A stretch of 24,000 nucleotides of DNA from Spirochaetales bacterium (GTDB lineage Bacteria > Spirochaetota > Spirochaetia > JABEVK01), in the NCBI GenBank assembly GCA_037142615.1, contig JBAXAI010000010.1, forward strand, positions 61,939 to 85,938, given 5' to 3'. Shown here one piece after another: positions 9,486 through 17,012 of this stretch. Position 1 is the stretch's first letter; each line of letters opens with the position of its first letter. The notes beneath the pieces are model-generated. The model made no database searches, was not told where the DNA came from, and was given only the letters and a program-made list of their open reading frames with translations. The position numbers and the translations under genes were made by a program.

Positions 9486-10495
9486 AACAATCCACCCGCA
9501 TGATCGCGGGGCTGGCCGTTCTGGTAGCCTTGGCCTTGGCCACCTTCGCCCTGTTTATTGTGCCCGGCTTTCTGTCGGCCGCCGAAGGCCGTTACCAGGG
9601 CCGCCCCAAGGTCATCGTGCTGCTCAAAGAAAACAACAGCGCCATGACCTTCTGGAAGATTGTTCGTGAAGGGGCGGAATCGGCGGCCGAAGACGTCAAC
9701 TTGGACCTCGACATCCGGGGGCCCGACAACGAAAAGGCCGTGGACCAGCAGATTCAGCAGCTCGACCAGGCCGTACGCGAAAAGCCGGCTGCCATCGTGT
9801 TGGCCGCCACCGACTTTCTGCGACTGGTGCCGGGAGTGAAGGCAGCCCGCAGCGCGGGAATCCCCATCGTTACCATGGATTCTTTCATCGCTTCGGACGA
9901 CGCGCTTTCGCAGATTGGCACCGACAGCGTGGCGATGGGAGCCGAAGCGGCCCGAAGTCTGCTGAAGTTTGCAGCGCTGAAGCCAGAAGTGGCGATCTTG
10001 AGCCACATCCGCGGTTCCTCGACGGCCCTCGACCGCGAAAAAGGGGCTCAGGAAGTGCTCAAGGGCAAGGCGACGGTGCTGCCTGTGGTGTACAGCGGCG
10101 CCGACATCGCCACCGCGTACCGCCTGACCCAGGAGATTCTCGCCACGCACCCGAACCTGGGTGGCATCTTGGCGATGAACGAACCCACGACCCAGGGCGT
10201 CATCCGCGCGCTTCGCGAGTCGGGACGTGCCAACTCCATCCCGCTGGTCGGCATTGACCAGTCGTTTGAACTGCTCAAGGGCCTCGAAGAGGGGGTTCTG
10301 CGCAGCCTGATGGTTCAGCAACCCTTCAACATGGGCTATTTGAGCGTCGTGTCGGTGCGCAATCTGCTCGATCACAAATCGGTGCCCCGAAATCAGGACA
10401 CCGGTTCGATAGAAATCACCAAAGAGAATATGTTTTTGCCTGCCAACGAACAGCGGTTGTTCCCCTTTGACGAGGCCCAACCGCTGTTGAAGTAG
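9482..10495 (+). CDS. Membrane-anchored protein with a periplasmic sugar-binding fold, probable ligand-sensing partner of the kinase (XylFII-like role)
   Basis: 337-aa ORF whose start overlaps the kinase stop (ATGA). N-terminal hydrophobic anchor IAGLAVLVALALATFALFIV, then a type I PBP pattern: KVIVLLKENNSAMTFWKIV, AIVLAATD, IPIVTMDS, GIDQS. It lies in the sensor operon, not the transporter operon. Confidence 0.75.
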   Translation: MKQSTRMIAGLAVLVALALATFALFIVPGFLSAAEGRYQGRPKVIVLLKENNSAMTFWKIVREGAESAAEDVNLDLDIRGPDNEKAVDQQIQQLDQAVREKPAAIVLAATDFLRLVPGVKAARSAGIPIVTMDSFIASDDALSQIGTDSVAMGAEAARSLLKFAALKPEVAILSHIRGSSTALDREKGAQEVLKGKATVLPVVYSGADIATAYRLTQEILATHPNLGGILAMNEPTTQGVIRALRESGRANSIPLVGIDQSFELLKGLEEGVLRSLMVQQPFNMGYLSVVSVRNLLDHKSVPRNQDTGSIEITKENMFLPANEQRLFPFDEAQPLLK

Positions 10496-10504
10496 TTCTC
10501 GACC

Positions 10505-11503
10505 TCAAGGCGTGATGGTGCCGTCCAGGTCCCAAAGGTCTTCCCAGGTCTGACCCTCTTTCCACAGAAACACCTGACCCTTGATCAGGCGGCAGTTGCG
10601 GTCAATTCGCGATAGGGCCTGAACTTCCTGGGCGGTGAGGGGCAGCGCGATGCTGGCCTCGAGATTGGCCTGAAGGTTCTTGGCCTTCACCGAGAACGGG
10701 ATGACGACATGCCCCCGCTGAAGGCCCCATTGCAAGCAGACCGTCACGGGGTGGACGCCGTGCTGCTTGGCGATCTCGACAACCACGGGGTCGTCCATGT
10801 CGACGGTGTCTTCGGGGGTGCGGTCGCGTTCGGGCCGACCAGGCGAGCCGATGGGGCTGTAACCGATGGGCACCACCCCGTTCTTGACCACGAATTGGAG
10901 CAGTTCTGGCTGCTGAAAGTGCGGGTGCAGCTCCATTTCGTTGACAGCGGGTTTGATCCTGGCGTCGCGAAGCACAAGTTCCAGCTTGGGGATGGTCATG
11001 TTGCTGGTGCCGATCGAGCGCACCAGGCCTTGGTCGACCAAAGACTCGAGCTTGCGCCAGATCTTCATGTAGTCGGCGTGAAGGTAGGGCTTGGCGTCGT
11101 GGGCACGGCTGGTGACATCCACCCCGGGCGCGTGGTGGTTGGGAAAAGGCCAATGGATCAAGTACAGGTCGAGGTAGTCCAAGCCCAGATCGCGCAGAGA
11201 CTTTTCGAAGGCGGGGATGACGTCGGCCTCGGCGTGTTTGTTGTTCCACAGCTTCGAGGTGATGAACAGATCTTCGCGTTTGACGCCGCCGGCCATCACC
11301 TGCTTCAGGGAAGCCCCGACCAGACGCTCGTTGTTGTACACCGCCGCGCAGTCGAAGTGACGGTAGCCGAGGCGGGCCGCCTCGAGCACGGCGGCTGCCA
11401 CCTGCTCGCCCGAAACCGCGTCGGAACCGAAGGTGCCCATGCCGACCACCGGAATGCGATGGCCGTTGGAAAAGGTTTGAAAGGGAACGTCTTTGGGGTT
11501 CAT
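10505..11503 (-). CDS. Aldo/keto reductase family oxidoreductase (NADPH-dependent aldehyde/sugar reductase); candidate L-lactaldehyde or sugar reductase
   Basis: Internal ATG at 11503 preceded by AAGGAGG; it overlaps the upstream gene stop (ATGA). 332 aa. AKR catalytic tetrad context: HFDCAAVYNNE (D, Y), ITSKLW (K), LIHWP (H). The upstream Arg/Pro/Gly-rich part of the 506-aa track ORF was rejected. Confidence 0.85.
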   Translation of the reverse strand: MNPKDVPFQTFSNGHRIPVVGMGTFGSDAVSGEQVAAAVLEAARLGYRHFDCAAVYNNERLVGASLKQVMAGGVKREDLFITSKLWNNKHAEADVIPAFEKSLRDLGLDYLDLYLIHWPFPNHHAPGVDVTSRAHDAKPYLHADYMKIWRKLESLVDQGLVRSIGTSNMTIPKLELVLRDARIKPAVNEMELHPHFQQPELLQFVVKNGVVPIGYSPIGSPGRPERDRTPEDTVDMDDPVVVEIAKQHGVHPVTVCLQWGLQRGHVVIPFSVKAKNLQANLEASIALPLTAQEVQALSRIDRNCRLIKGQVFLWKEGQTWEDLWDLDGTITP

Positions 11504-12429
11504 AGAGCCTCCTTGAGGTAGGGTTTCAGCGCCTCGACCAGCGCCGGTTCTTCGGCCGGGGTTCGTCCGGCGGGCAGGTTCACCCCGTCGAACAGATACC
11601 AGGTTTCCTGGTGATCGACACCCTGACCGGGCTCCAAGCGGGCCAGGGGTCCCAGAGTCTCTACTTCCAGAAAGCCGGGCATGGTGAAGAACTCGCAGTT
11701 GCACCCCTGGTCGGGGTAGGTCTGTCCCTCGCGGTAGGCGAAGGTCTTGACGAACAGCTGACGGCCTAGCTCGTAGGCCGCCCAGCCCTGGCGGTTGCCC
11801 AGGCCGAACTTCTGCTTGGTGGGCAGCGACTCGTCCTGGCGGAACTGGAGCAGGCGGTCGCCCCAGGTGAAGCGGGGATCGTTCATCCGGGTGAAGCGCC
11901 ACAGCACCACCGGCCGCGCCGGGGTAAACGACACACCGTGGTCGACAAACGGTTCCTGCGGAACCAGCGCCCGCCCGCCGGCCGCCATCACGCTCAGCGC
12001 CCACGGCGCCACGTCGATGGCCCACAGGTTTTCGTTCACCAGGCGGTGGTTCAGGTGCACCCGACCGTCTTCCAGCCGCAGTGTGATTTCCTTGCGAATC
12101 CCCGTGGTCGGTTCGGTCTTGCTCAGCAAGGTGAGCGTTGCCCCGTCCCAGCGGTGCTCCACCGGGTCAAAGTCGGGCGCGTAGGTTCGCGGAGCCACTT
12201 CGGGGGCATGCCAGAGCCGGTGCCCACCAAAGCTCAGCCATTCGTTGCCACTGGTTTGGCCCAGGTGCTCAGCGAACTCCTTGAACAGGTTTTGCCCGCC
12301 CACGGTGCCAAACCGGATGACCCGGGGCCCCACGTCGAGGGTGACCACCAGTTCGACGCGGCCGTCGGTGAGCCTGACACAGTTCGGCCACCCCCCGTAA
12401 GCGAGCTTCTCCAGCCGGGATGCGCTCAT
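11500..12429 (-). CDS. Conserved hypothetical protein, probably galactose-mutarotase-like fold (DUF4380-like); function unknown
   Basis: Internal ATG at 12429 overlaps the ADH stop (ATGA); 309 aa. Compositionally normal, unlike the rejected N-terminal extension. The FGGHRLWHAPE motif and predicted all-beta character recall DUF4380 / aldose-epimerase-like proteins; this assignment is from memory only. Confidence 0.55.
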   Translation of the reverse strand: MSASRLEKLAYGGWPNCVRLTDGRVELVVTLDVGPRVIRFGTVGGQNLFKEFAEHLGQTSGNEWLSFGGHRLWHAPEVAPRTYAPDFDPVEHRWDGATLTLLSKTEPTTGIRKEITLRLEDGRVHLNHRLVNENLWAIDVAPWALSVMAAGGRALVPQEPFVDHGVSFTPARPVVLWRFTRMNDPRFTWGDRLLQFRQDESLPTKQKFGLGNRQGWAAYELGRQLFVKTFAYREGQTYPDQGCNCEFFTMPGFLEVETLGPLARLEPGQGVDHQETWYLFDGVNLPAGRTPAEEPALVEALKPYLKEAL

Positions 12430-13499
12430 TTGACTTCCTCGTCGAACACCACCGCCACCTTGCCACACTTGCCGCTGGCCATCAGCGAGTACGCGTCGGC
12501 GCAGTTGTCGAGAGTGAACCGGTGGGTGATGAGGGTTTCGGGGTGGATTCCCCAGCGCACGATGCGTTCCACCAGCTCTTCCATGCGCCAGATGTTGGTC
12601 ACCCAACTGCCATAGATGGTCTTCTGGTCGTGGATGATGTCGGCCGAAGGGGCAAACTGCACCGTGCCGCCTTCGCCGATGAAGCAGATTTTTCCCCACT
12701 TGCGCGTGGCCTGGATGCAGGTCAGTCGGGCCTTGTCGTTGGCCGAGCAGTCGATGGCCTTTTCGACGCCGAAGCCGCCGGTCAGCGCCTTCACCTGCGC
12801 CACGTTGTCGGGGCCGGAGGGGAACACGTGGTCGCACAGGCCTTGGTCTTTGGCCAGGGCCAGCCGTTCGGGCACGGTGTCGGTGCCGATCACCAGCTTG
12901 GCTCCCATGGCACGGGCCAGCATGGCGGTGGCCAGGCCGACCGGCCCCAACCCGGTCACCAGCACGGCGTCGTTACCGCTGATGCCGATCTTTTCGAGGC
13001 CTTCGTACACGGTGCCGAACCCGCAGGCCACCTGGGCACCGTCGCTGTAGGTCAGCTCGTCGGGGAGCAGAACCAGGTCCTTTTCTTCGGCCAGCAGGTA
13101 TTCGGCCATGCCACCGTTGCGCTGCCAGCCGTAGGCCCGGCGGTACTTTTCGCTGGTGCAGCTGATCATGTAGCCGCGCCGGCAATCGTTACACACGCCA
13201 CAGCCCGAAATGTGGTACACGATGACGCGGTCACCGGTCTTGAAACGGCGGCAACCAGGGCCTTCCTGCACAATTTGGCCGCAGGGTTCGTGGCCGGCGA
13301 TCATTCCGGTTTGGTAGCCTTCCGGGCCCTTGCCCGTGTGTTCGCGGTAGATGGCGCGGATGTCGGACCCGCAAATCGTCGAGCTCTTGACCCGAATCAG
13401 CACCTCGCCGTGCCCTGGGGTTGGAACCTCGAAGTAGCCCATTTGCACGGTGCTGTTTCCGGGGAGCATGGCCCCGGTCATTTTCTTGGGAATTGTCAT
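12426..13499 (-). CDS. Zinc-dependent medium-chain alcohol/polyol dehydrogenase (sorbitol/threonine dehydrogenase-like)
   Basis: Internal ATG at 13499 preceded by AGGAGG; 357 aa. Catalytic Zn motif CGSD...GHEPCGQIVQEG, structural Zn site GCGVCNDCRRGYMISC, Rossmann motif VLVTGLGPVGL. Confidence 0.87.
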   Translation of the reverse strand: MTIPKKMTGAMLPGNSTVQMGYFEVPTPGHGEVLIRVKSSTICGSDIRAIYREHTGKGPEGYQTGMIAGHEPCGQIVQEGPGCRRFKTGDRVIVYHISGCGVCNDCRRGYMISCTSEKYRRAYGWQRNGGMAEYLLAEEKDLVLLPDELTYSDGAQVACGFGTVYEGLEKIGISGNDAVLVTGLGPVGLATAMLARAMGAKLVIGTDTVPERLALAKDQGLCDHVFPSGPDNVAQVKALTGGFGVEKAIDCSANDKARLTCIQATRKWGKICFIGEGGTVQFAPSADIIHDQKTIYGSWVTNIWRMEELVERIVRWGIHPETLITHRFTLDNCADAYSLMASGKCGKVAVVFDEEVK

Positions 13500-13550
13500 T
13501 GTTTCCTCCTGCTCATAGCGCCATTCTCGACCCGATTCGCGGGGCTGAAC

Positions 13551-13578
13551 ATGGATACCTCTGGCCGAAGGATGGATA
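13551..13578. promoter_or_regulatory. Direct repeat ATGGATA x2 in 21-bp register upstream of the ADH operon (candidate AraC-family site)
   Basis: ATGGATA at 13551-13557 and 13572-13578 (TATCCAT on the coding strand). AT-rich heptamers in a GC-rich 106-bp spacer between the AraC-family gene stop (13606) and the ADH start (13499). Confidence 0.3.
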
Positions 13579-13605
13579 TTTGTGAACCAGGAGCCGGGAG
13601 ACAAC

Positions 13606-14451
13606 TTAGCTGCGCAGGCGTCGAAAGCCCTCGGGCGACTGGCCGTACACGGTTTTGAAGCAGCGGCTGAAATGGTAGGGGTCGTCATACCCGGTGAGCG
13701 CCGCGACCTCCTTGACGAGCAACTGGGGATCGAGCAACAGCGACGCTGCCAGGGCCATCCGGCACTGAACCAGAAACTGATGCGGCGTCTGTTGGTCAAA
13801 CCGGCGGAACAGCCGGGCCAGGTACGACGGCGAAACCCCGCATTCCCGGGCAGCCTGCTCCAGGCCGAAGCCCTGGGTGGCCAGCTCCCGGAGCTTTTCT
13901 TTCAGGGCCCGGAACCGCCCCGAGCCCGGGTCGTTGGGCTGGGCCACGCTGCGGTCGGTGAGCAGCACCAGGATTTGCCGAACGATGAGGGAGCACACTT
14001 CGGCCCGACTGGCCTGCAAACTATCGGCGCTGGCCTTGAGATCTTCGAACAGCCGCGCCAACGCGCCGGTGGCCGTGACCCGGCCAGGTCTGCTCTCGGG
14101 AAACGCCCGGGCAAGCAGTTCGGCCCCGAGTTCACCCGAAAAATCGACAAAGTACTTCACCATCGACGAGGCGGGCGAGGCCTCGATCCGGTGCGCCACC
14201 CCGGGTCCGTAGCAGAACACCGAGCCCGGACCGAGCTCATGGCGGCGGCCCTCGAGCACCAGAACCCCCTGCCCCGAGGCCACAAACTCCAGCGATTGGT
14301 AACGGAAGTTGGCCCGGTCGACCACGTAGGTCGAATCACACACTTCCCGCCCGCCGCAGACCACCGCCAACCCCGAGGTTGGCGCCGGTGAAAGGTCGAG
14401 AAAATAGTAGTCGCCGCGCTGAACCCGCTGGGACAGAAAGTTCGGTTCCAT
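13606..14451 (-). CDS. AraC-family transcriptional regulator (cupin-like N-terminal sensor + AraC HTH)
   Basis: 281-aa ORF. C-terminus GVSPSYLARLFRR....TPHQFL...RM..A..LL........EVAALTGYDDPYHFSRCFK...G.SPEGFR is a canonical AraC double HTH. N-terminal half is AraC-type ligand-binding-like (GDYYFLDL...GREVC). Confidence 0.87.
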   Translation of the reverse strand: MEPNFLSQRVQRGDYYFLDLSPAPTSGLAVVCGGREVCDSTYVVDRANFRYQSLEFVASGQGVLVLEGRRHELGPGSVFCYGPGVAHRIEASPASSMVKYFVDFSGELGAELLARAFPESRPGRVTATGALARLFEDLKASADSLQASRAEVCSLIVRQILVLLTDRSVAQPNDPGSGRFRALKEKLRELATQGFGLEQAARECGVSPSYLARLFRRFDQQTPHQFLVQCRMALAASLLLDPQLLVKEVAALTGYDDPYHFSRCFKTVYGQSPEGFRRLRS

Positions 14452-14471
14452 GCGTTCATCGTAACACCGAC

Positions 14472-14516
14472 TTGACGGGAACGCACGCCCGGGCTACCGT
14501 GTTTGGTAACGGTTAC
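14472..14516 (+). promoter_or_regulatory. Candidate promoter and palindromic operator of the LacI-family gene
   Basis: TTGACG (14472-14477), 17 nt, TACCGT (14495-14500). This is followed by the perfect inverted repeat GTAAC-G-GTTAC (14506-14516), 15 nt before the ATG at 14531. SD GGAGGG at 14522-14527. Confidence 0.3.
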
Positions 14517-14530
14517 ACCCTGGAGGGCCC

Positions 14531-15508
14531 ATGGCGACGATCAAGGATGTGGCCGCTCAGGCGGGAGTTTCGGTGGCCTCGGTGTCGCGGGCGATCAACG
14601 ACCCCTCGTCGGTGGCGCCGGGCACGCTGGAACGCATCAACGCCGTCATCCGCAAAACGGGCTTTGCCCCCAACAAGATCGCGCGCAGCCTCAAGGTGCA
14701 GACCAGCAAGAGCGTGGCGGTGGTGGTGCCCGACATTTCCAACCCCTTTCACCTCAAGGTGATCAAGGGGGCCGAATCGGTGCTGGCCGCGGCGGGCTAC
14801 ACGCTGTTCATCATGGACACCGAAGAAAGCGCCGAAAAGGAAACCCGCTCGCTGCGCGACCTGTTTGACCGGCAGATCGACGGACTGGTGTACATCCCGG
14901 TGCTCACCAACCAGCGCCTGCCCCGGGTTCTGGCGGAGTCGCGCATTCCCTTCGTCGTGGTCGACCGAGCGCTGGGCACCGACCATGACACGGTCCTGAG
15001 CAACAACTTCGCTGGCATCTCCTTGTTGTTGAATCACTTAGCTTCCCTCGGCAAACACCGCATTGCTCTCATCGGTGGCCCGGAAGGGACTCACCTCGGC
15101 CGGGAACGCAACCAGGCCTACCGCACGCTGGTTCGCCAGTACCGGCTCGAAGACAACCCCGCACTGGTGCGCTGCGGCGAGTTCACCATCGAAGCCGGTT
15201 TGGCCCTGGCGCGGCAACTGGTCGCCGAGCAGTTGGCTCCCGAGGCGGTGGTGGCCGCTGCCAACTTTCTGGGCATCGGCGCGCTCAAGGCCTTTCGCGA
15301 CCTCGGGGTCAAGGTGCCCGGCGACCTCGAACTGGTGGTTTTTGACGAAATGGGCGACCTGGTCGATCCCCCGATCACCCACGTGCGCCAGCAGGCCTTT
15401 GAGATGGGCGCCCAGGCCACGCGGTTTCTGCTCGAACGCCTTCAGGGGCTGACGGTCGCGCCCCGCACCGTGCTTTTTGAACCCGTCTTGTATCTCGCGC
15501 CTGCATGA
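14531..15508 (+). CDS. LacI-family transcriptional repressor
   Basis: 325-aa ORF. N-terminus MATIKDVAAQAGVSVASVSRAIN........T.ERI.AVI...GF.PN..ARSL is a LacI HTH. It is followed by a PBP-type effector domain (VAVVVPDISNPF, DGLVYIP, IPFVVVDR, IALIGG). Confidence 0.92.
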   Translation: MATIKDVAAQAGVSVASVSRAINDPSSVAPGTLERINAVIRKTGFAPNKIARSLKVQTSKSVAVVVPDISNPFHLKVIKGAESVLAAAGYTLFIMDTEESAEKETRSLRDLFDRQIDGLVYIPVLTNQRLPRVLAESRIPFVVVDRALGTDHDTVLSNNFAGISLLLNHLASLGKHRIALIGGPEGTHLGRERNQAYRTLVRQYRLEDNPALVRCGEFTIEAGLALARQLVAEQLAPEAVVAAANFLGIGALKAFRDLGVKVPGDLELVVFDEMGDLVDPPITHVRQQAFEMGAQATRFLLERLQGLTVAPRTVLFEPVLYLAPA

Positions 15509-15514
15509 AACTTC

Positions 15515-15543
15515 TTGACAGAATGAGGGGTTGGGTCTAGCCT
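15515..15543 (+). promoter_or_regulatory. Candidate sigma70-type promoter of the fucU operon
   Basis: TTGACA (15515-15520), 17 nt, TAGCCT (15538-15543), in the 77-bp gap between the LacI-family stop and the fucU start. Confidence 0.4.
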
Positions 15544-15548
15544 GTTCA

Positions 15549-15562
15549 TGTAATCGTTTACA
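15549..15562. promoter_or_regulatory. LacI-family operator-like palindrome
   Basis: TGTAATCGTTTACA: 12 of 14 positions are self-complementary, with a central CG. It fits the generic LacI/GalR operator pattern TGnAAnCGnTTnCA and lies 6 nt downstream of the candidate -10 and 24 nt upstream of the fucU ATG. Confidence 0.5.
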
Positions 15563-15585
15563 GTCGCAACAAGAGGAGCCAACAA

Positions 15586-16017
15586 ATGCTGATGGGTATT
15601 TCGCCGGTCATCGGACCGGAACTGCTGGATGTGCTGTTTCGCATGGGGCACGGCGACGAGATCGTGCTGGCCGACGCTTTCTTTACCGGCGACTCGCTGG
15701 GCAAACGGGTCATCCGCGCCGACGGTCTGCGCATTCCCGATCTGTTGGACGGCATACTGCGACTGATCAACCTCGACGACTTCGTCACCGACTCACTGGT
15801 GATCATGGACCCCGTGAAGGGTGACCATCTGGACCCGAACATGGAGAAGACCTACCGCGCGGCGATCGAAAAACACTGGCCCAAGGCCCCCGCCTTCACG
15901 CGGCTGGAGCGCTTCAAGTTCTACGACCGCTCGCGGGCCGCTTTTGCGGTGGTGATGACCGGCGAAACCGTCAAGTACGGCAACATCATTCTCAAGAAAG
16001 GCGTGATTCCCGTATGA
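15586..16017 (+). CDS. fucU: L-fucose mutarotase (RbsD/FucU family)
   Basis: 143-aa ORF with a GAGGAG SD. Collinear with E. coli FucU as recalled: ISP.I.PELL.VL..MGHGDEI...DA.F......G..VIRADGL...DLL..I..L..LD, GE..KYGNI.LKKGV.P. Confidence 0.88.
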   Translation: MLMGISPVIGPELLDVLFRMGHGDEIVLADAFFTGDSLGKRVIRADGLRIPDLLDGILRLINLDDFVTDSLVIMDPVKGDHLDPNMEKTYRAAIEKHWPKAPAFTRLERFKFYDRSRAAFAVVMTGETVKYGNIILKKGVIPV

Positions 16018-17012
16018 CGCCCGAAGTTGTGGCGCACGGAGAGGTCCTGATCGACCTTTCGCAGCACGGTCCGGGCCCCATGGGTTACCCCGCGTACGAG
16101 GCCCTTCCCGGCGGTGGGGTGGCGAACCTGGCGGTCGCGCTGGGGCGCTGGGGCCACCGGGTCGGGTTTTCCGGCCGGGTCGGCGCCGATGCCTTGGGAA
16201 CCTTGCTCCGCAAAGTGCTCGAGGACGGCAAGGTCGACACCAGCCGCCTGACCAGCGATTTTCCGCCCACCACCATGGCCATCGTTTCGCTCGATGCGCA
16301 TGGCGACCGAAGTTTTGACTTCCTGTGGCAGGGAACCAGTTGCGCGGGCCTCCCTGTTGCCCTGGCCAGGCCAACTGGCCAAGCCGACAAAGCGCAACTG
16401 CCCAAGGTCTTCCATTTCAGCACCGTGTCGATGTGCGAGCCCGTGGGTTTTGCCAACAATCTGACCTCGGCACGTTCGCACAAAGAAGCCGGCGTGGCGA
16501 TCAGCTTTGACCCGAACTTCCGCCCCCGCCTTTGGGAGAAGCCCGACGAAGCCCGGCGCGCCATCCACGAGGGCTTGGCCCTGGCCGATATCGTCAAAAT
16601 CAGCGAGGAAGAAGTCGCGTTCGCGCTCGGCGAACCCGCCGGAGACCCGCTCGAACAGGCCAAGAAGCTCAGAGCCCAGCTCGCGAAGGGGAAAACCCAG
16701 CCGGCGCTGCTTTTTGTCACCCTGGGCCCTCAAGGCTGCCTGTGGAACTGCGGTGGCGAATGGGGTCGGCAAACCCCGCCGCCGGTCAAGGTGGTTGATA
16801 CCACGGGCGCCGGCGACTGCTTCATGGCCGGCGTGCTGCATTCGCTGCTGGTGCTGGGCAAGGCGCCTTCGCAGGTTCTCCCCGCCGAAGCGGCCGCCTT
16901 GGCGGCTTTTGGCGTCAAGACCGGTTCCTTAGCCACCACCAAACGGGGTGGCATTCCCTCGATCCCGACTCTCGAAGAAGTGAAAGTAGACAAAGGAGTT
17001 TCTCATGGCTAA
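16014..17012 (+). CDS. PfkB-family carbohydrate kinase (fructokinase-like); substrate unknown
   Basis: 332-aa ORF; ATG overlaps the fucU stop (ATGA). Has the N-terminal GEVLIDL...[16 protein letters not shown] motif and the C-terminal PfkB signature [16 protein letters not shown]. Confidence 0.8.
   Translation: MTPEVVAHGEVLIDLSQHGPGPMGYPAYEALPGGGVANLAVALGRWGHRVGFSGRVGADALGTLLRKVLEDGKVDTSRLTSDFPPTTMAIVSLDAHGDRSFDFLWQGTSCAGLPVALARPTGQADKAQLPKVFHFSTVSMCEPVGFANNLTSARSHKEAGVAISFDPNFRPRLWEKPDEARRAIHEGLALADIVKISEEEVAFALGEPAGDPLEQAKKLRAQLAKGKTQPALLFVTLGPQGCLWNCGGEWGRQTPPPVKVVDTTGAGDCFMAGVLHSLLVLGKAPSQVLPAEAAALAAFGVKTGSLATTKRGGIPSIPTLEEVKVDKGVSHG

Noticed and set aside
11504-13799. Long N-terminal extensions of the track ORFs 10505..12025, 11500..12837 and 12426..13799
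   Set aside because: The extensions are Arg/Pro/Gly-rich and overlap the well-supported upstream gene in another frame. Internal ATGs at 11503, 12429 and 13499 give normal-length AKR, unknown and ADH proteins, with SD sites or ATGA coupling.
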